The notes under the pieces: generated by a model | Told to the model about the DNA's origin: nothing | The model's database searches: none | What the model saw: the letters and a program-made list of their open reading frames with translations, nothing else | Assembly (NCBI GenBank): GCA_040954595.2 | Contig: CM082589.2 | Coordinates: forward strand, 398,888 to 462,887 | Origin: Balanoglossus misakiensis | Lineage: Eukaryota; Animalia; Hemichordata | Direction of reading: 5' to 3' | DNA: 64,000 nucleotides | Shown: positions 55,601-64,000 of the stretch, piece after piece | How the letters are laid out: every line of letters starts with the position of its first letter | Numbering within the stretch: position 1 is the stretch's first letter | Translations under genes and position numbers: made by a program

Positions 55601-58600
55601 TACTCTGCTTTTTATCGACTCAACCAAGCTTAGATCTGAGTACTTTTTCAGGTCAAACTATATAATAAATAAACTTGAAATTCATCTTGGACAAAAGAGA
55701 GTATTTGAAGTTGAAGGTAGAATGCGCAGACGACAGTATTTACGTGGCTTGGCAACCCAAACCAATACAACACAACGCCCCCATGCACCAACAGATCCTC
55801 TGAAAGACCAAATTGGGGTAGTATTTGTTCTTGAGTGACATGCGTGTGTGGTCGCGCTATAAAACTCGGCGCCAAGAATAGAATGTAAACGGGCAATTGC
55901 AATAATAGACCGGGCTTAGTAATATAAATTCACCAAAGAATAAATATTTGGGCTATAAATGATCCAAGCTCTCGTGTGTGGGAAAGGTTCCTCGAAAGTG
56001 TCAGCGTCGACAGGAATTGGGAAGCGTGCCGATAAAGTTTTTAGTGGCAATGTTTATTGCGCCAGTAAAAGTTCCCAGCGGAAGGTCTAGTCACCATTCG
56101 TTGTCAGCGGTGGTAGCATTTCCGAAGTTCTGCTGGCGGTAGGTTTATATCTGGTCGTCACAGCTGTCGAAAACCAGCTTTTCGAAGACACCATATGACT
56201 GTGGAAGCGACGGAACTTTATTGTTGTAAAACTTTTATGGAGGAAAGTTAGCCGCCAGTGTTTTGCTTAAAATGCATTGTTGACATGAATAAATTTTATG
56301 TTATCACGTCAGTTCCTGTAAGATACAAAAATAGTATTCGATATTACTTCCCCTTTTATCCATTAAATTCAGAGAACGAGATCAGTGTTTCAATGGCCGA
56401 AATACACAGCAAGTTTCAGCTAAAATATTTAAATCATTTTTCGGAAATACTCAGTAAAAAGATTTTCCGATGAAGTATTTACAGGAAAGCCAACTATTTA
56501 GAATAACAATTTGTGATTGGAGACGATTTTATCAAAACGAAAATCGTGTTTATATCGCAAAACATGACTTATAACGTGAGCGTCAAGGTCGGGCACATCA
56601 CCCTATCTATATTATAAACAATGTCATTAAGAGGTCGTCTACCTTCTCCGTAGTAGGCATTAGAATGTGTGAATTATCGGCCGTGAATCTGTAGTCAATT
56701 CCGGAGTTATACCATCACTAGTGTTCTGTTATAAAACATTATCTAATACTCCACAAAAATAAGAGAAATTGGATCAATTTAGGTAATTTAGAGCGATATG
56801 TACAGTAGGATGGTTAATGACAAGGCTGGTTACACACTGCGATATTTCCCGATGTTTTCCTTTAATTACTGTGTAGTTCATTTCTAGGTGAGTGACCGCG
56901 TTGAAGGTCTAGAAGGTAGAACAGTATATATATGAAACAAATAAAATATTTGAATATATTTTGTGTATCCGCGGTATTTTCAACAGATGACAAAAAATAG
57001 ACAGAACGTGGATATATATATTTGCGTGATAACAACTTGTAACCTTATGACCCCGTGAACCCCGTGAGCTGCAAACGGGCTCATTGCTCATGTGTACTGC
57101 GTGTATGTAATGCTGAACCATCTGTGTGTGGCTTGGCTATTTCCATCTCGGTTTTGCGTTTGCAAAACACATCGAGGGATGGGCAATATTCTCGGGCATT
57201 AGAGGATTGCTTTCTGGTTGGAGAAGTCGAAAGTGAAGGTGCGTTGTGGTTATAAGTTCCATTGTTGTGTTATAATATCCTTCTATATAACATCATTTTC
57301 ATAAATCGAAGATAAATTCATGTAGCGCTCGGCGTTGATCGCCTTATAATCCGAATCGTACCTAAATCATGTAGGACATAAAACACGCCTAGCCCACGAA
57401 TAATACCGACGCCTTTTCCTGTGAATTTCTAAATGTGGAAATAGCGTGTGGTATTTTTTGAGTAGACGACAAATTGTTGAGCTGTAGATATTAATACATT
57501 TTACAGTTTCTTCACGGCTAAATAGGTCGTTTCTGTAAAGACGTCTGATTGACCCCATCAGACCTCGTAGAATTGCATTCAGCTGTTCTTTTTGTGAGGG
57601 GAGTGGGCCCTCCATGTATATTTCGACGTCTTTTGTTCGATAGCAAACTCAACCCCAAAGAGTGGGGTTTCTGTCCATATTGTGTAGGATAATATTACTG
57701 AAATAATGTAGGGTGGGTATGAGATATGACGACTACGGGTTCGTGCGTAGATATATTTATAGATTCGTAATAGTTGAACGGCCAAGACCTGGCAGTATTG
57801 TCAATATCTCGTCCATCACTGCAAATACATGGGATTTTCAACCTTGCATATCATTCAGATATTACCCTGTTTTGATGAATTTTATTGAACAATTCAAATA
57901 AATCATGCATGATAGAGATATCAGGATGGAAAAGATTGTTATATTATTCAACGATACCAATTTGTCTAGTTGCTGTTTCGACACTACAAATAAACATTTT
58001 CAACGCAATTTCTGTCAATAGCATAACAAGGCCAGTTGCGTATATCCATCCCTTCATGGGAATATCCAGATGCATGCCGGGAAGGGGATGACCTCCAAAT
58101 AACCCCCAATCACAACGTCATTTTTCAGGATAACCGACAGTTGTTTGCTTTCAACGCACAGAAAAGTACGGTCATCATCGATCCTATTTCATCTTTGACG
58201 TGGCTATTATTTTAGGATATCTGTGAATTATTGTAGGCTCTTCTAATAATTTTAGTTTGATATTGATTTGTGTCTGTATTACAGACTCTTATGACGAGTT
58301 ATATAAGTTGTCAGGAAATGTTAGTCGAGGAAATACGATATAGCATTTATACTGCCAGTCTGGGATGATAATGACGCAATCAGAGATCGAATATGATATT
58401 TCATTAGAGTTTAGATTGCTGTATAAAGGAACTTGTTCGGAAAGATGATAGATGATATAATTCAGTGTTATAGTGAGAATAGATACCCTCTGTATTATTT
58501 TGTCGACATTTTGTCGTCATCATACGAGAAATCAACACGTGAAATATTTGTAAATGCTCGGTTAATTTTATTGTCTTTGTGAAAGACCTACACTGGCCCT

Positions 58601-61600
58601 TTTAATGACCACAACATACATTAAACGAGCCTGTTTGAACTTTAGGCAATATACGCGTACGTTGTTACTGGTGGTATACAAGCGTTTACGACGCAAGGGG
58701 TGGGTTTGTGGGAATGTAATCGAGATTTGTCTGTCGACGGACACCATAGAAAACATATCGTTTATCGCCTATCGATGACAATTTATGTCAAGTTTACTGT
58801 TTACCGCCGTGTATAATTTCTGTCTCTGACAATAGGCTTGGAATTTGCGTCGATTTCTGTCCAATCAAGCGAGCAGTCGTCTTGTTTCACTCGTCTCTGT
58901 TGTCAAATTGTTTATTTCACCTCGCGAATAAACAAACATTGCGGTTTTCGCCGGCCCTGTGGTTTGGCAATTAGGCTACCGTGTTACGCAAGCCGGCGTG
59001 CGTGCGAGATATCTCCCTAGCGCACACACGTATGTGAAAGTTGGAAGCCAATACCTCCAGTGGTGAACATGAGAATGTGTTTGTATGCAGCGCCAATCAA
59101 TATATTCCCGAACTCGCCAAATAGCTTGGTTACTTCAGTTGGAATGTCGGTGTGTTTGACATGGAGCTGAGTGCGTCTCGATACAGCCAGCGCTCAACAC
59201 GAGAAGAGTGATTTTGCCAGCGCCGGTCAATCTGCCGACGTGCCGAAAACTTCAATACTGGGTATGTGGGGTGTGTTTTCAAAAAGCATTGCAGTATAGC
59301 CAGTATCTGTAAGTTTAAAGTTAGTGACGACACAAACTTTTGCACGCATTGTGAGTTTGTCATCGCACGCAAAATGATTGTTTGATCTGCACTGGTATCG
59401 CTAACACTAGGACCAGGCTATGCTAACAAATTCTCTTTGAATTCTGCAAACTAATTGTCGACCATTCTTAGTCGAGGTCAAAACATGTTTTTTACTAAAG
59501 TGTTAATGGCCACCGTTGATATACTGCAGAAGGTCCACATTGAAAAGTGCGATAGTGCATCTGTGTTCCACATTGCGTTCTGTGTCGCGTCATTGGCCGA
59601 CACTTTGAAGTCCCGATACCACACTTGGCATATGCCTGTCCATTACGTCATCTGCAATCGTCATGTTGTATTTTGAAACACATCGATGCCAGAGAATTTC
59701 AACCAAAGCTATGCTCGCCGAGTGTGTCATCATTCAACTATTTAGAACATTATTTTTAGAACATAACCAAACATTCTTAAAGTTGATGTCTCTTTTTCTA
59801 AATTCAGAGCCCAATAACACGATCACGATGCCATCACACAACATGGTGGCCGCGATAATTGCAGTATCCATAAATTTGCATATGTCTTTGATGACTCAGT
59901 GGCCAAATGCAGATGCGAACATTTCACAGTTATGTGTGTTGAATGCGAGCATCTCCTGCCGGTTTTCACCGTCACACAACATCAAAATTCACTTGAGATA
60001 ATCATCTGTTGTATTGATTTCGTAAATTGACTAGACTAGAGGGAGAAATACTTGGAGTCCCCGTGGTGATAGAAAACGCTGATATTTCCTCCGATCGTGG
60101 TTCACCGGTGTTTACACAGCTCTCAAGAATCACACTTGTGCACTTTCATTTTTCCACGCGTCACGTCATCACTGTGGGAATCGTGTCCAAGGGCGATAAA
60201 CTTGATACTTTGGGGGAATGAGGCAAAGGTTAAGCACCAGGAAAGTTCGAGACAGGGCAGATGTGTCAATGGGGTAGATTCTGTGCGCCAGATGGATTTC
60301 ATCAACTTGGGGGCTACGTACGTTGATACCATGGTTACTGTTGTTATTTCCGTCATAGGTGAGGGCACTGTTGCCCTATTTACGGCTGCAACCAAACCAT
60401 CTGTATTTATTCTTGACCCATATATTTGCGCTACTTTCCCGATATTTTTGTACTCACTGAAATGACTTGCCATGCAGCTGTATAAAATTGTGCAGGATTT
60501 CGCCTGTTACTAAGAGTACAGTTTTTGAAAAAATCGCTCAACGCTTCTAAAGCTTTGCTAAAAACCCGAGAAACAATATATTTTCATCTAAAGACGGCTT
60601 CAGGTTAAATGTCTTCAGAGATAAGTAAGTCCGATGTTCACATTACTGTAAGATTCTCATTGAAAGCGACTTTGTATCAACTCGCCCTTTCGGATGACCG
60701 GCGACAGAGGGGTGGCGCGGCATGGCAGGCCGGGCATGGCGGCGACTCGTATTCTGAGAAGCAATCACAATCAAATTAATCCGTTCTACGTTCATTTGTC
60801 GAAGGAAGGAGATAAAAGAGAATGGTGATCTATGAAACGAGTTCGTCAGATGTCGTTTGCGGCTTCAGGAACTCTGACATCGTTGTTACCGTTTAATCTG
60901 CCTGTCGATCAAATCCGAGACACTTTAATACCACGAGATCCGAAATCGAATCCAGTCTCAATTTTGACCACAAATCACCGTTTGCGCTCTAATCGAAAAG
61001 TAAAGTCCGCTGACTTGAACAAGCATAATAAAAAGTGTGGACAAATAGACAGACAAAGGTTTCCTACCATATGGACAGACTGACTAATATTGTCGTTATC
61101 ATGTTTGTACCTATGGTCGGATAATAAACACCTATTCAACCTTCAGAGCTCCACTGCTAGATCATCGCACTTGAGGGCGTTGTTCATTTGGGGGTGACTG
61201 ACTTAGGTTTTAGTTCGTCTGCCGAGAGAAGTGGTTTTCATTCATGAGCCACTTCAGCCGTCGGTCGCGAGGCAAAGAAAACATGGCTGTCGCGTCGACT
61301 TGCGTCTCGTTTCAGTCGAGACCTGTGGGAGACGTTTCAATCAAAGCCAAGACGAAATGATAGCGCTTTTAATCATCATTTCCCACAGTGCAGCTGTTGC
61401 TGTCAGTTCATGCCGACGACGCGATACAGCCATAGTTTCACAGCAGTAAAGGACCTCTTGCTCGAGCGGTCATTCATCGCGTAGAATTTAGGCTGAGCGC
61501 TTCGCACTGCACTGCTCCGATCGCCTGGTAAGATTGTCTGTCTGTCTGTTTGTTTGTTTGTTTCCACAGAATCGGAGACTGTGATATGTATGTATATAGA

Positions 61601-63206
61601 GATGTTATATACAACAGACATATAACTGTCTGGTCACGTGTCTATCGAATACGTTCAATTCGCTAGTGAAGTAAAAGTGTTTCTGGTGTTAATGAGTGCT
61701 TATCCAGGAATAATAACCAGATGAAGTTAATTTTAAAACCGGAACAAGAGATCCTTGTTAGTCAGTTTTCTTTCTCCTAATATAACTTTCTGAATCCGAT
61801 GACTCATTGTTTGAAATCCAGGCATCACTGGTATTTATGGGACAGTGTACAAACCCTGTAATATTTGTCGTGCATTCCAAAGTACAACCGTGGGGTGAAT
61901 GTTAAAAGGAATACAAGCAGACGACTGTTTCATTAACATGCACTTTCCAGATTGTTTGTTCATTCCAGAGTCCTTTGCAGCTTGCAAAGTGATGAGATTC
62001 ACTGTCAGAAATCTGTGTCGGGTTCTTTGGGTGTTACGTCACCACTAACGTGATTGGACCATTATTGAAGTGTGAACTACGTCATTGATGATTGACGTTT
62101 CGCGGTTTCGTCGCCTCCGACGCTCTGGGGTTTCATTCAGGGTGACTGTAATTAAATTGGTCACTTGTCCTTGGAAATTGTTGTTGTATTAGACCCACAG
62201 AGAGACAGGCTAGTCGTGTGTCGAGAAACCGCAATAAAATCACAAATGGCGTCTATGTATCGTGGAAGGGCGGGTGTGCTCTAGCAATACCAGATCCACT
62301 TGCCCTTTTCACGTATTTCTTGTTATTACAAACACACCTGAATTTTGATTTGATGCTCTTGCTAGCAATTTTGCGCATAACATTGAAGACTTTTTATTCG
62401 AACTACTCCCTTGTCAGTATAGGCGGTGCTCTTTCGGAGTTATATAATTAATCGAAGAGGTGTTCGTCCAATTTACGTTTGAATAAAACGTTTCAAACGT
62501 CTGTGAAACCTCCATCTCACCGTCGCATAAAATATAACTCGGCGCCATGGAGAAGGTGGTAAAGCTAAAACGGTGAATCCAGAGGACGCGATCACCCGAC
62601 TACGAGGTCGAATCGCAATCCCAACACTCATTCCACTTAATTCAAACATAATTAAACAGTAATATATCGACAAGACGATCCAGTCTCAAACCTTTCATGT
62701 CGGCACGTATCCCATCAGGCGGCGTTCCCCGTACTTAAACTTTGTGAAATATGAAATCGTTAATTTTAACTCGGTCATGACGCTTAATTTCAGCCTCTTT
62801 GCTAAATATCGAGCTCCATCATTTTTCTGTAATGACTGCATACATTTGCTTTAAGTTGGTCATAACACAAATACGCAAATTATCCCCGGAGTGCAAATAG
62901 GTTAAGGTTCAAACTTTCCATCTTTGTGTTTCGTCATTCAATATTTCCATAGAATGTCGTTTCTGACGGTAACCGCGGTTTCACATGGAGTTTGGAATTC
63001 GAGCCGATTGAGTCGGCGTCCCATTGCGTCCAATCCTTCACCACAACGCGCGTCTTGAAAGTAAACATCGAGCTTTCATAAAACTTTCTTTGAATTTAAA
63101 AAGCAGTGCACAGACAACACGGTCAGTGGAGCTATTTCCGATTTTTAATCAATTCTGTTTGTCCTTTTTCAGATCCTATGCTGACGTAAAAGAATAAACC
63201 GACGAC

Positions 63207-64000
63207 ATGGGTTGTTGTCAGAGCTGTCAGAAAAAGAACAACAAAGAAGATGCTCAGATAGGGAACTTCATCTACCCGTCAATCACCCCTAGCAACGAAC
63301 AAGATGGCGGATGCAGGACGAGTATTCTCATGGCCAACATCGCCCCCAACGGCAACGTCATCGATCGGGAAAATCGCAAATCTCAATACTCAAATCTGGA
63401 GCTACAACATGAAATACTGGAGTCCACTGCCTCGCTGAATGATGTATCCCTTGAAAAGAGTCAAAGTATTCCTGCTTTGAGCGATTCACCATGCAGTCTG
63501 AGCCACAGCAAAGCCAGTTCGTATAGTTTACATACCCTGAGGTCCTCTTTAAACACATTAAGATCATCGTTTCTCAGTGTCTACTCGGCTATCAGTCTTC
63601 GATCAATTTCGGACGACGCCGAAGAGCAACGCGTGGATCCGAGCTATGCAGCGAAGCTCTTGTTCGACCTAAATGAATGCAGGAAACAGAATAAATTCAC
63701 GGATGTTCTGCTGTGCGCTGGAGATGTGGAAATACCCGCTCACAGAGTTGTTCTCGCGGCCAGTAGCCCTTATATTTTATCCATTTTTGCCATCGAGGAT
63801 TTGGACGACAATCGCTTGTATTTAGATTATATCGAGCCAGGCATTCTACGTTTGCTTGTGGAGTACATTTATACTTCGAAGTTGACAGTGACTCGTGAAA
63901 CTGTCGATGCTATGATCAAGGGCGCTCAGACTTTACAACTCAATGCTGCAGAACAAGCTTGTCAAGACTTTGCTCGTAACTTGGAGAACATGGACGAAAA
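63207..64000 (+). CDS. BTB/POZ-domain protein (kelch-like-type BTB) with N-terminal MGCC acylation motif; continues past the right edge
   Basis: Open frame from ATG 63207 (acceptor AG at 63171-63172 just upstream): MGCCQSCQKK, Ser-rich linker, then AAKLLFDLNECRKQNKFTDVLLCAGDVEIPAHRVVLAASSPYI...LRLLVEYIYTSKLTVTRETVDAMIKGAQTLQL...ACQDF, a typical KLHL-type BTB. Absent from the ORF track, presumably because it has no stop in the window. Confidence 0.9.
   Translation, partial: MGCCQSCQKKNNKEDAQIGNFIYPSITPSNEQDGGCRTSILMANIAPNGNVIDRENRKSQYSNLELQHEILESTASLNDVSLEKSQSIPALSDSPCSLSHSKASSYSLHTLRSSLNTLRSSFLSVYSAISLRSISDDAEEQRVDPSYAAKLLFDLNECRKQNKFTDVLLCAGDVEIPAHRVVLAASSPYILSIFAIEDLDDNRLYLDYIEPGILRLLVEYIYTSKLTVTRETVDAMIKGAQTLQLNAAEQACQDFARNLENMDE

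Noticed and set aside
60577-60625. CTGAAGA...GAAA hammerhead-like words on the minus strand
   Set aside because: The words pair into a simple hairpin and the three-stem hammerhead core cannot be built.

Overview
Eukaryotic, AT-rich, intron-containing genomic DNA from an animal. Short GT-AG introns, mosaic CpG depletion and the MITE landscape suggest a marine invertebrate bilaterian; the taxon is not determinable from the sequence alone. Gene order read by manual splicing: RB1CC1/FIP200 (-, runs off the left edge), SF3B5 (+), a secreted stand-alone ALK/LTK-type glycine-rich protein (-), TPMT-like methyltransferase (+), a secreted proteinase K/PCSK9-type subtilase whose catalytic Asp is replaced by Gly (+), Elongin C (-), DDX24 (+, with a U12-type intron), an SLC16/MCT transporter (-) plus an orphan paralogous last exon, HADHB (-) and HADHA (+) head-to-head, ~12 kb of non-coding DNA, and an N-terminally acylatable (MGCC) BTB protein (+, runs off the right edge). 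Non-autonomous DNA transposons are prominent: a TAGTCT-ended family with 9-bp TSDs that has inserted twice into the same site of its own TIRs, a MITE carrying inverted TTAGGG telomere-like tracts, and tiny hairpins flanked by 7-bp duplications that resemble P-element excision footprints. All coordinates were counted by hand and may be off by a few bases; no database searches were run.
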